From contig JAJRZV010000064.1 of NCBI GenBank assembly GCA_024275095.1, positions 1 to 36,710 on the forward strand: DNA of 36,710 nt, read 5' to 3'. This stretch comes from a bacterium. Lineage in GTDB: Bacteria > JAJRZV01. Under the pieces are notes generated by a model, which saw only the letters and a list, made by a program, of their open reading frames with translations, was not told the origin of the DNA and ran no database searches. The position numbers were made by a program, and so were the translations under genes. Below, one piece after another: positions 8,271 to 18,651 of this stretch (position 1 is the first letter of the stretch; the number at the start of each line of letters is the position of its first letter).

Positions 8271-10931
8271 TTGGGCATTATCCCATCGCACATAGTTGAT
8301 GCAGCCCGGTCATGTGCGTCTCCTGAGAAAGGGAGTGAACGCCTGTATGATTTTGTCTCTCGCCATACCGGCCCGGTAGAGGATGAACTGTTAACCCCCC
8401 TGGCCATTGTCTTCAGCATTTCAGCACCTCTGTACCGTTTTGCTCTTCGCAACCCGGAACACGTTTTATTTGCTCTACGTGACATTGGGTCTGAGGAAAG
8501 GTTGCAGATTTTTTTGAAAGACGGGTGGAAAGAGCTTGTTTCCAATTCCGGCGATGCGTGGACAGGCCTGCACATTTTCAAATACACCGCATTAACAGCC
8601 ATTACCTATATGGAACTTGTTGAAGCCGTCTCCGAACGCACCATTGGGGAGCTTTTAAGCATCCTCGCGGAGACAGTGTTGAAAATCGCACTGTCTCTCA
8701 TTTTTGAGAACGAGGCTTTTCCAGCAGTCATTGCTTTCGGTAAATTGGGCAGTTCCGAACTCAATTATTCCTCGGATGTGGATGTGGCATTTGTTCATCC
8801 GGATGTATGTGTAAGTCCAGAAAAATATCAGCGTGCAGTGGCCACATTTGTGAAACGACTTGGAGAAATTACCCCTGAGGGTTTTCTTTACCGTGTTGAT
8901 CTGGACCTGAGGCCGGGAGGTCGTTCTGCGCCTGCCAGCGTGTCTGAATCAGCTTTTGTCAATCATTATTTTAACTACGGAACCACATACGAGAGGTACT
9001 CGCTTCTGCGTGCTCGTGCCGTGGCAGGAGATGTGGAACGCGGTCGAAAAGTGCTTTCTGAACTCTCCCGTTTCGTGTACCGTCGGTACCTTGATTTTTT
9101 TGCCTTAAAAGAGATGGAAGAGCTCAAGTACAAAATCATGAGGCACCGGGCAGACGAGCAGGACATTAAAACAGGGCCCGGAGGAATTCGTGAAATAGAG
9201 TTCAGCATTCACTCGCTCCAGCTTATTTATGGGGGAAAAATCCCCTCTCTTCAAACCCGTTCCACTTATGAAGCCGCACGCTTGCTGGCAGAGGCCAATG
9301 TTATTCAGGAAAGCCATGCCGCCATGTTGATAGAAAGTTACTCGTTCCTGCGACGTCTCGAAAATATACTTCAGATGTTCGATGAGCGTCAGACACACAC
9401 TCTTAAAGGTACCGATGTGAATACAGTTGCACGAGCCATGGGATTTAAACTTCGGGATCAGTTCATTTCTCATCTTGAAAGCGTAAGGGCGAAGGTCTCA
9501 GATTTTTTTGAAGAACTCTTCGGCGTAAAGACCGCGTTTTTTTCTTCCGTTGAGGTGGATGAGGACATGAAGGATGTTTACTCGCGTCTCGAGAGCATAG
9601 ATGAAAGTCTTGCTGCTGTGACCATTGAAAAGGCGCGCCAGACCCCACAGCCCCGCCTGGCTGTGGCACGGTTCGTGGATTTTATGGCCAGGGCACCTTT
9701 TAAACGCACCTATGTGTCCCTGTTTACAAGAAATCCCGCTACGCTTGAATATTTACTGAACCTTTTCGGGACTTCCGGAATGCTCGCCTCCTTTTTTCTC
9801 AAACATCCGGAGATGATTGATTACCTTGTTCTTCAGACGCATTCCAGGCCTTTAAAAACTCTGGAAGAAATGGATACAGAGGTCAAAGAACGGTTTTCCT
9901 CCCTTGAAGACCTTGAAGATTTTATTGACGGTTTAAGGCTTTACAAAAAAGAAGAATGGCTGAGGATCGCCATTAACGATATTAACAATGTAATCTGGGG
10001 CGATAATGTTACCCGTCAGTTGACCTCTCTGGCAGATGTATTGCTGAAATACTCCCTGCAGCGCGCTCGGGAGCTTACCGGTCTTGAAGAGAGCACACCC
10101 TTCGCGGTCATCGCCATGGGCAAACTCGGAGCAGGTGAACTCAGCTATTACTCGGACCTCGATATTGTGTTTCTTTACAAGCCTTGTGAGGATGGGGAAG
10201 GGCGAAACATACAGGTCGTTCGTACTGCACAGCGATTGATAACCATCCTTTCGGCAAACACCCGTGAAGGCGTACTTTACGAAGTTGACACGCGCCTGAG
10301 GCCCTCCGGTACAGCCGGGCCCCTTGCCAGCACAACGGGCGCTTTTGAAGAGTACTACCTGAACAGAGCACGTCCCTGGGAGGTTCTCGCCATTACGCGT
10401 GCCCGTCTCGCAGGTGAGGCACCTGGTCGTCTGAAGGATTTTTTCGATTCCGTACGCCTCGAGGCTTACCGGCAAAGCCTTCATGCACTTCCCTCGGAAG
10501 CAGCACACATGAAGCAGCGCTTTGAAAAGGAACTCGCCGACCTGAAAGAAGGACGCATTGATCTCAAATATGGCCCCGGAGGCCTGGTGGATATAGAATT
10601 TATCATTGAGATCGCCCTTGCACGGGCGTCTGTGGAGTGCGGTCGGGCTGTGCACGTTGATACAAGGACAGACCTGGAATTTCTTTCTTCTACGGATTAT
10701 CTTCCTGAACGTGACTGGAATTTGTTGGCGCACGCACACTACGTGTTCAGCGAGCTTGAGCGGAAATTACGGGTAATGGAAGAACGTTCTATTCACAGCG
10801 TCAGCAGCGATGAACTTTCAAAATTGAAAATTGTCGTCCAGGGAGATAGCCTAACATTATCAGTGAGAGAGTTGAAAGAGCTCATGAGAGAAGTGAAGTC
10901 CATTTTCCAGCGGTTTACAGGAGGGTGTTGA
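8271..10931 (+). CDS. glnE: Bifunctional glutamine synthetase adenylyltransferase / adenylyl-removing enzyme
   Basis: Two nucleotidyltransferase repeats: GKLGSSELNYSSDVD...RVDLDLRP.G...IKTGPGGIREIEF, and MGKLGAGELSYYSDLD...EVDTRLRPSG...LKYGPGGLVDIEF. The start codon is uncertain. Confidence 0.93.
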   Translation: MGIIPSHIVDAARSCASPEKGSERLYDFVSRHTGPVEDELLTPLAIVFSISAPLYRFALRNPEHVLFALRDIGSEERLQIFLKDGWKELVSNSGDAWTGLHIFKYTALTAITYMELVEAVSERTIGELLSILAETVLKIALSLIFENEAFPAVIAFGKLGSSELNYSSDVDVAFVHPDVCVSPEKYQRAVATFVKRLGEITPEGFLYRVDLDLRPGGRSAPASVSESAFVNHYFNYGTTYERYSLLRARAVAGDVERGRKVLSELSRFVYRRYLDFFALKEMEELKYKIMRHRADEQDIKTGPGGIREIEFSIHSLQLIYGGKIPSLQTRSTYEAARLLAEANVIQESHAAMLIESYSFLRRLENILQMFDERQTHTLKGTDVNTVARAMGFKLRDQFISHLESVRAKVSDFFEELFGVKTAFFSSVEVDEDMKDVYSRLESIDESLAAVTIEKARQTPQPRLAVARFVDFMARAPFKRTYVSLFTRNPATLEYLLNLFGTSGMLASFFLKHPEMIDYLVLQTHSRPLKTLEEMDTEVKERFSSLEDLEDFIDGLRLYKKEEWLRIAINDINNVIWGDNVTRQLTSLADVLLKYSLQRARELTGLEESTPFAVIAMGKLGAGELSYYSDLDIVFLYKPCEDGEGRNIQVVRTAQRLITILSANTREGVLYEVDTRLRPSGTAGPLASTTGAFEEYYLNRARPWEVLAITRARLAGEAPGRLKDFFDSVRLEAYRQSLHALPSEAAHMKQRFEKELADLKEGRIDLKYGPGGLVDIEFIIEIALARASVECGRAVHVDTRTDLEFLSSTDYLPERDWNLLAHAHYVFSELERKLRVMEERSIHSVSSDELSKLKIVVQGDSLTLSVRELKELMREVKSIFQRFTGGC

Positions 10932-10932
10932 A

Positions 10933-12462
10933 ATGACGCCAGGAGAACATTTGCACGGAAAGCTGGGTGGCATGCGGTTTATAAGGCTCCTGCGGGAGAT
11001 TAACGAAAATAAACTGACGGGAATTCTGCGTCTTGAAAGAGGCAATATTATCAAGGAAATTTACTTCAGCGACGGCGAACCCATTAATGCCCGGTCCAAT
11101 ATGACCCGTGAAACCTTAGGCCGGGTGCTTCTGGATAGAGGGTACATCTCCCAGGAAGATTACAACCAGTCGCTGGAGATGATGGGAAAGACAGGTAAAA
11201 AACACGGGGAAATTCTTATGGAAATGGGCGTGCTTCCCATCGGTCTCAAAAAAGCGCTTCAGATGCAGGCGGAAGACCGCATTCTTGATGTTTTCACATG
11301 GGAGGAGGGGACTTACCGTTTTATCGAACGCAAGGATATTTCCAAGCTCATTGAGAGCCTTAATCTCAACAGCGCCAAAATCATATACGAGGGTGTTATT
11401 AAAAAGGCGCCGATTTCAATTCTCGAAAATATTATGCGCGAGTATAGCAAGAAGAAACTCGTATTTAATGAATCCAGCCCCATCCTCACCAGAACCAATA
11501 TCAGACCAAGCCATCTTGAGTTTTTACGTCTCTTCGATGGTGAGAAGACAGTGGAGGAAGTGGTGAAGTCTTCAGGTATGAATATTAACCAGGCCTCCAG
11601 ATTGATACTGATAGGAGTACTTCTCGATCTTCTTCATCTTAAACACGAAAAGGAAGAGATCCCTCCGCCGGCTGAGATTGAAGAAGAGGTAAAAGAGGAG
11701 GAAACCCTTACTGACCGAGACAGGACGATGCTGGAAGCCCTTGAAAAGACCATTACTGATATGAAGAAAAAGAACTACCTGGAAATCTTCAATCTTGATG
11801 ATGATTTTTCTGAGAGGGACTTGAAGAAAAATTATTTCATGCTTGCCCGTTCGTATCATCCAGACAGGTTTTACACGTTTCACCCGCGTGTGAAGGCTGT
11901 GGCGGAAGAAATTTTTACTCTCATCAACGAGGCCTATCAGATTTTGAGTAATCCGTCGGAGCGCACGAATTACATCGCCATGCTGCGTACGGGAGGCCGC
12001 GCAGTTACCGAGAAGGATGCCCAGGCAGCCCTTTCCGCAGAAATGGAATTCCAGAAGGGTCAGGTGCTTCTCAAGCAGGGAAAGCTGGACCAGGCGAAGA
12101 CCTATTTCGAACGCGCGGTGGAGCTCAATCCTGACGAAAGTGAGTACGCTGTTTTTCTCGGCTGGACCCTTTTCCGCCTTGGCAAACGGTCGGGTGACGA
12201 GTCTCTTGCGCGCAAGGGCAAGGATATGCTCACAACAGCGGTTGAAAAAGTAGACGGCTCTGAAAAAGGACATTTCTTCCTCGGCCAGGTGCTGAAAGTG
12301 GAAAATGATCTTACCGGTGCCATAAAGCATTTTGAAAAAGTGGTTCAGATTAATCCTGACAACGTGGATGCTGTCAGAGAATTGAGAATCCTTCGCATGC
12401 GGCTTGAAAAAGAAGGGGGTAAGAAGGACAAGTCAGGGCTGTTTAAAAAGTTCTTTAAGTAA
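10933..12462 (+). CDS. DUF4388 (PatA_N-like) / J-domain / TPR protein
   Basis: N-terminal LTGILRL...KEIYFSDG...FTWEEGTYRF, a J-domain NYLEIF...YHPD...INEAYQILS, and C-terminal TPRs. Confidence 0.85.
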   Translation: MTPGEHLHGKLGGMRFIRLLREINENKLTGILRLERGNIIKEIYFSDGEPINARSNMTRETLGRVLLDRGYISQEDYNQSLEMMGKTGKKHGEILMEMGVLPIGLKKALQMQAEDRILDVFTWEEGTYRFIERKDISKLIESLNLNSAKIIYEGVIKKAPISILENIMREYSKKKLVFNESSPILTRTNIRPSHLEFLRLFDGEKTVEEVVKSSGMNINQASRLILIGVLLDLLHLKHEKEEIPPPAEIEEEVKEEETLTDRDRTMLEALEKTITDMKKKNYLEIFNLDDDFSERDLKKNYFMLARSYHPDRFYTFHPRVKAVAEEIFTLINEAYQILSNPSERTNYIAMLRTGGRAVTEKDAQAALSAEMEFQKGQVLLKQGKLDQAKTYFERAVELNPDESEYAVFLGWTLFRLGKRSGDESLARKGKDMLTTAVEKVDGSEKGHFFLGQVLKVENDLTGAIKHFEKVVQINPDNVDAVRELRILRMRLEKEGGKKDKSGLFKKFFK

Positions 12463-12720
12463 CCGGTTTCGGGGTTCGTATTTTTTCTGTGTGCAGGTCC
12501 GAGATATTCTGGGGAGTTGATTTCTCAAGTTCCACTCACTTGTGGTCCCTCTTATTTGTTGCTGTTCAGAGACGGTTCTGCAGTGACTTGTCGAGCCTTT
12601 TGTACATTACCTTTCGTGGCGCATTGAAAACCCGAAACGAGCAGGTTGTTTTCTCTCAATGACAAGTAGTTGGTTTGGTGTATAAAATGAAGGCTGAAAT
12701 GCACACAGGGGAACAAGAAA

Positions 12721-14562
12721 GTGAAAGATTTCAAGGAAGTAAGTGCTGAAAGGGTCGTTATTGCTGACGGAGCAATGGGGACGGAGATATACCGGCGAGG
12801 GGTATTTATAAACGTCAATTTCGACAGGCTTAATCTGACAGACCCCCATCTGGTACGGCGCATTCATGAGGAATATGTGAGCGCAGGTGCTGAAGTGCTC
12901 GAGACTAATACCTTTGGCGCCAACAGAGTCAAGCTCGCCAAGTATGGATTTGAAAAGGATGTGAGAGAGATCAATATCCGGGGAGTCAGGCTTGCCAGAG
13001 AAGTGGCTGCAGAACGTGCATGGGTTGGAGGTGCTGTAGGACCATTGGGGCGCCCTCTCAAACCTGTTGGTGTCATAGACGAAAGCGAGGCACGTGAAGC
13101 ATTTAGAGAACAACTGGAGGCCCTTTTTGAAGGAGGTGTGGACCTTATCATTTTCGAGACATTCGAAGATCTGAGGGAGCTCAAAATCGCGGTCGAAGAA
13201 GCACGCAGGATTTCGTCAGATATTCCGGTGGTGGTCATGTTTTCTTTTCGCTACTACGGGGAAGGGAGATTTGAAGGTTCTACCCCCGAGGAAGCTGTCC
13301 GGACTATGAGCAAATGGGACGTGGATCTCATCGGTACCAATTGTGGTAACGGTCCCAGGGGCATTCTGGATATTGTGGAGAGGATGGCCCCCCTTGCCGA
13401 GAAGCCCCTTGCCGCCATGCCGAATGCGGGCTTGCCCGAAATGATTGACGGGCGGCTCATTTATATGACCACACCAGAATATTTTGCAGAGTACGGGCGC
13501 CGGATGGTTCTCAAGGGGGTGTCACTTGTGGGAGGATGCTGTGGAACGACTCCCGAGCACATAAAGGAACTGAGAAAGTTTATTCGCTCTGTTTCTCCTG
13601 CACGGTCTGTTGTGGTGGAAAAACCCGGGGATATGCGAATGGAGTCACTGCCCCCCGTGCCTCTTGAGAAACGTTCGCGTTTTGGCAGCAGGTTGGGCAG
13701 AGAATTTATTATCTCTGTGGAGATAGATCCTCCCCGGGGGATAGATCCTTCACCTTCTCTTGAAGGCGCGAGGTTTCTTGCCCGTGAAGGCATTCACGCT
13801 GTCAATATTGCTGATGGGCCTCGTGCTATGGCACGCATGTCACCGGTGGCTCTTGGAGTACTCATCCGTGATAATGTTCCTGAACTGGACATTATCCTTC
13901 ATTACACCTGCCGCGACAGGAACCTTCTCGGGATGCAGATGGATCTTATCGGTGCTAACGCCTTGAATCTCAACAACATCCTCGCGGTTACAGGTGATCC
14001 ACCAAAAATGGGAGATTATCCAGATGCCACCGCAGTGTTTGATACAGATTCCATAGGACTGATCCGGTTTATCCAGATGCTCAACCGGGGACTGGACCTT
14101 GCAGGCCGGCCACTGGGTCAACAGACGGCACTGGTTGTAGGAGCTGGGTGCAATCCAGGTTCTGTAAACCTCGACGTGGAGGTGGAGAGGTTTGGTCGTA
14201 AGATAGAGGCAGGCGCGGAATTTTTCTTTTCCCAGCCCGTGTATGATCCTGAACTTCTGTACCGTTTTTTTGAACTCACGGCCTCATTCCCGGAGGTCCC
14301 CTTTTTCGTGGGCATTCTGCCCCTGTCCAGTTACCGCATGGCCGAATTTTTCCACAATGAAGTGCCCGGGATGCAGGTGCCGGAAGACGTACTGGAACGC
14401 ATGAAGAAAGCGGGTTCAGAAAGCGCCCAGCGAGAGGAAGGTACCCGCATCGCGGCGGAGGCATTGCGGGAGGCCAAGAAACACCCGCGCGTGAAAGGGG
14501 CATATATCTTTCCGCCCGGTGGCAGGTACGAGAGAGTGTTCGATGTACTCGAAAAGGTTTAA
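12721..14562 (+). CDS. Bifunctional homocysteine S-methyltransferase / 5,10-methylenetetrahydrofolate reductase (YitJ-like)
   Basis: DGAMGT, ETNTFGAN, GTNC, PNAGLP and GGCCGTTPEHI (zinc ligands). MTHFR half: VEIDPPRG, HYTCRDRN, VTGDPP, SQPVYD. Confidence 0.93.
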   Translation: MKDFKEVSAERVVIADGAMGTEIYRRGVFINVNFDRLNLTDPHLVRRIHEEYVSAGAEVLETNTFGANRVKLAKYGFEKDVREINIRGVRLAREVAAERAWVGGAVGPLGRPLKPVGVIDESEAREAFREQLEALFEGGVDLIIFETFEDLRELKIAVEEARRISSDIPVVVMFSFRYYGEGRFEGSTPEEAVRTMSKWDVDLIGTNCGNGPRGILDIVERMAPLAEKPLAAMPNAGLPEMIDGRLIYMTTPEYFAEYGRRMVLKGVSLVGGCCGTTPEHIKELRKFIRSVSPARSVVVEKPGDMRMESLPPVPLEKRSRFGSRLGREFIISVEIDPPRGIDPSPSLEGARFLAREGIHAVNIADGPRAMARMSPVALGVLIRDNVPELDIILHYTCRDRNLLGMQMDLIGANALNLNNILAVTGDPPKMGDYPDATAVFDTDSIGLIRFIQMLNRGLDLAGRPLGQQTALVVGAGCNPGSVNLDVEVERFGRKIEAGAEFFFSQPVYDPELLYRFFELTASFPEVPFFVGILPLSSYRMAEFFHNEVPGMQVPEDVLERMKKAGSESAQREEGTRIAAEALREAKKHPRVKGAYIFPPGGRYERVFDVLEKV

Positions 14563-14573
14563 AAGAGGCGGAC

Positions 14574-15578
14574 GTGGGTAATGGGACATCAAATCGCACC
14601 CTGAATTACAGGTTTGCAGACATACATACTCACCCTCTTATTAATATGCGTTACCGCGGCAAGGATTTGACCGGATGGGTGAAGCCTCCGTGGTTTTACA
14701 ATCCATTGCGCAATCAAATTGACGCAATAAAGCTCAAACAAAGTGGTTACGGCATCTGCGTGTTCTGCATATATGCACCCTTCAGGTTGCCGCCGTGGGA
14801 GTCTTATCTGGAGGAGTTCAGAAAACAGGTAACTGTTTTCAAAAACTTTGTTACCTCATGCAGCGACTTCATTGTTCATGCACGGAGTTCGGAAGAGGTG
14901 AAATCCGCGCTTGAGCAGGGAAAGATTGCGGCGGTACTTGCCATTGAAGGTGGACACATGGTGGAGGATCCTTCATGGCTGGAAGAGATGAAAAATGAAG
15001 GAGTTTTTTACATTACCCTTGTACACTTTATCGAGCGCAGAATTGGCACCACTTGTCTTTCCATGCGCAAGAGACGCCGGGGGCTGAAAGATTTTGGTCG
15101 GGATGTTTTGTTTGAGATGAAACGTCTTGGCATAGTCCCGGACCTGGCGCATTGTTCGGAGAAGACCATGAGAGATGTTCTGGATATACACGATGGGCCG
15201 GTGATTTTTTCTCACACCGGAGCCAGGAGGTTCTCTCCAATGCATCGCAATATACCTGATGATGTGGCAAGTGAAATTTTTCGACGCGGGGGATTGGTGG
15301 GGATCATTTACTGCACGTATTATCTGAAACGTCACAATCTTTTCGGCAATTCTCGCCTTGTTGTGGATACAGCGGAACACTTCCTCACCCTGGGAGGGGA
15401 GAATGGATTGTGTATCGGCTCTGATATGGACGGTTTTATTGTCACCCCTTCGGACCTCAAGGATATTTCGCAAACCCCTGTGCTTGTGGAGAATATGGAG
15501 AAGATTTTGGGCAGAAGTGTCACTGAAAAGATCATTCTGGATAATGTAATGCGGTTCCTAGAACTTTACTTCCACTAA
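14574..15578 (+). CDS. Membrane dipeptidase (peptidase M19) family amidohydrolase
   Basis: DIHTH, AIEGGH, ITLVH, GL..FG, DLAH, FSHTG, RNI.D and GSDMDG motifs. Confidence 0.85.
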   Translation: MGNGTSNRTLNYRFADIHTHPLINMRYRGKDLTGWVKPPWFYNPLRNQIDAIKLKQSGYGICVFCIYAPFRLPPWESYLEEFRKQVTVFKNFVTSCSDFIVHARSSEEVKSALEQGKIAAVLAIEGGHMVEDPSWLEEMKNEGVFYITLVHFIERRIGTTCLSMRKRRRGLKDFGRDVLFEMKRLGIVPDLAHCSEKTMRDVLDIHDGPVIFSHTGARRFSPMHRNIPDDVASEIFRRGGLVGIIYCTYYLKRHNLFGNSRLVVDTAEHFLTLGGENGLCIGSDMDGFIVTPSDLKDISQTPVLVENMEKILGRSVTEKIILDNVMRFLELYFH

Positions 15579-15684
15579 ATTCTTTTCCTTCGTCGAATTC
15601 GCTGAAATCTTGCATTTTTTTGACTATTTGCGTTATATTGAGGTCGGTTTTTTCTCATTAAATCCTGGGCAAGGAGGTCCGGAG

Positions 15685-16787
<1,103 letters not shown>

Positions 16788-16791
<4 letters not shown>

Positions 16792-17960
16792 ACCTGCTTC
16801 AGGGGGCTTTGCCCCCCTCTTTTCAATCGTCTTACCAGATAGATTGTAATCCCCACGCGAAGGTTGGTAAGTACTGCCAGGAGAAGAAAAATAGCGTATA
16901 TTTCTCCTGCCAGGCACAAAATCATGATGATGAAGATGCGTTCGTCTCTTTTCCCGGGGATATAACGCAGGGGATTTACATCAGTATAAAGGTTACTCTG
17001 GAATGCTGCCGTATACTTTTCAGAAGTGTAACTGACCATTACAGATCCGAACAGGCATAAGCACACAATAATGACTGTACCTACAGAGAGGGGTACAAAC
17101 GGGGTCAGTGCTATGAGGAACGCTGCGTCCACATACCTGTCCATAATAGAGTCAATCCACCCACCAAAGGGGGAAGTAGAAAGGGTTGCGCGGGTCATTT
17201 CTCCGTCCACTCCGTCGAGAACGGAGTTGATTTGGAAGAGGAGCCCTCCGAGGGCGGGGGAGAATGTGGCGACTGCAGCAGCGAAGAGACCGAGAAGAAA
17301 GGAACTGATGGTAATGGCATCCGGTGATACTCGACCGACTAAAAGTCGGGTAATCCTGGTAGATATGGCCCGATTGAGGTGCCGGGATACGAGCCCATCG
17401 CTGTGTTTGCGCCCTGCTTTCCTTACGATAGCCACAGAAGCTGCCATGGCATCTTTTTTCGTTTGAATTCTCATCCAGAAATGTTCCCCCGCCCTTTTCA
17501 GTGGGAGCCCGCTTTCAGACGGTGAAAGAGGGTTGAGGATGAGTTCCTTCCATTGATGTTCATCTATATCTGCAGGAATTACATGCCATATTCCCACAGG
17601 TTCGGTATCCCCGTTGCGCTTGTGAACCATAACGCACGGATTTTCAATAGCAGCTTTCAACAAGTCGGGCTCGTAGACGAGTCGGCCGTCGATGATAAGC
17701 ACCGTTCCTTTTACCTCATTACGAAGTTTCACAGCAGCGGCAACGTTTAAAGGTTGAACCCAGTCTTTTGAAGACGAGAATCCCTTGGGGAAGAAAGAGA
17801 GCTCTCCTATCAGGTAAACACGCCCGACGCTCAGCATCCTGAGGATTTTGAGATGCCTTTCGAGGAGGGTGAGTCCGGCAATTTTAAAATTTCCTGGAGA
17901 GGGCAACCCCCCACTTAATGGAGGAAAGACCACAATGGCTGTGATATCGTCAAAAGTCAT
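16788..17960 (-). CDS. IPCT/DIPPS-like protein: degenerate nucleotidyltransferase domain fused to a CDP-alcohol phosphotransferase (di-myo-inositol-phosphate phosphate synthase type)
   Basis: DGLVSRHLNR.IS, the CDP-AP signature DGVDGEMTR...GGWIDSIMD, and GSVMVSYTSEKY and YIPGKRDERIF, which I recall as typical of DIPPS. The start is ATG 17960 or 18014; the track's 18299 start overlaps the hemerythrin gene. Confidence 0.85.
16802..16824 (+). terminator. Putative intrinsic terminator for ino1, lying inside the 3' end of the convergent gene
   Basis: GGGGGC-ttt-GCCCCC hairpin followed by CTCTTTTC, about 10 nt after the ino1 stop. Confidence 0.5.
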
Positions 17961-18173
17961 TGCTGCCCCGGAACCCGAAGGATGCGACAAACTGGAAAAT
18001 CCAGCCTGCCCCATTGAATTCAACCGTTGCCCATGTAGTATAGAGAAAAGGAATCCTCTATTAAAATTTATCAAAAACGGCTGTTTATTCACAAGAGCAG
18101 TGTGGAAAACCTCGTGTTGACATTTATTCTTAACAGATAATAAGATTAAAAAACACCTGAAGGAGCACGGAAT

Positions 18174-18602
18174 ATGGCTATCAAATGGACGGAAAATCTT
18201 GCGGTTGGTATTTCTGTAATTGATGCCCAGCACCAGGAGCTTGTTAAGCGTATAGGCGAATTTCAGGAAGCATGCCAGAGACGACAGGGGCCGGAGCACC
18301 TGAAAAAGCTTTATGAATTTCTACGCAATTACGTGGAAGAGCATTTTCAGACAGAAGAAAGGTATATGAAAAAGTACGAATATCCTGCGACCGATGAGCA
18401 TGTTCGTCAACACGATTGGTTTCGCAAAGAGTTTTTTTCATTAAAGGATAAGCTCGAAGATGTTGGAAGTTCATCAGATGATGAGGTGAAATCTCTTGGG
18501 CTTGTCATCAGAACAGCCGCGCTTCTTACTGACTGGTTTATCAATCACATCGCCGGCAGTGATAAAAAAATGGGGCTTTTTCTCCGGGAAAAGGGGTGTT
18601 AA
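18174..18602 (+). CDS. Single-domain bacteriohemerythrin
   Basis: W...L.VG...IDAQH, HFQTEE, H...H, NHI...D: all seven di-iron ligands are present. AAGGAG RBS. Confidence 0.93.
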   Translation: MAIKWTENLAVGISVIDAQHQELVKRIGEFQEACQRRQGPEHLKKLYEFLRNYVEEHFQTEERYMKKYEYPATDEHVRQHDWFRKEFFSLKDKLEDVGSSSDDEVKSLGLVIRTAALLTDWFINHIAGSDKKMGLFLREKGC

Positions 18603-18651
18603 AATTGTTATTTTTTGGCGTTTTTAATGCAATGTAAGGTAAAATGACGGT

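Noticed and set aside
9933..10739. 268-aa minus-strand ORF
   Set aside because: Lies entirely antisense to glnE and has no recognisable motifs; a shadow ORF.
11572..12330. 252-aa minus-strand ORF
   Set aside because: Antisense shadow of the J-domain/TPR gene.
12463..12720. SAM riboswitch expected upstream of the yitJ-like gene
   Set aside because: No SAM-I core (ATC.AGAG...GAGGGA...GCAACC...GTGC) is visible, and the likely promoter leaves only about 30 nt of leader.
17961..18299. N-terminal extension of the 503-aa ORF in the track
   Set aside because: It runs through an AT-rich promoter region and overlaps the hemerythrin gene; the real start is probably 17960 or 18014.
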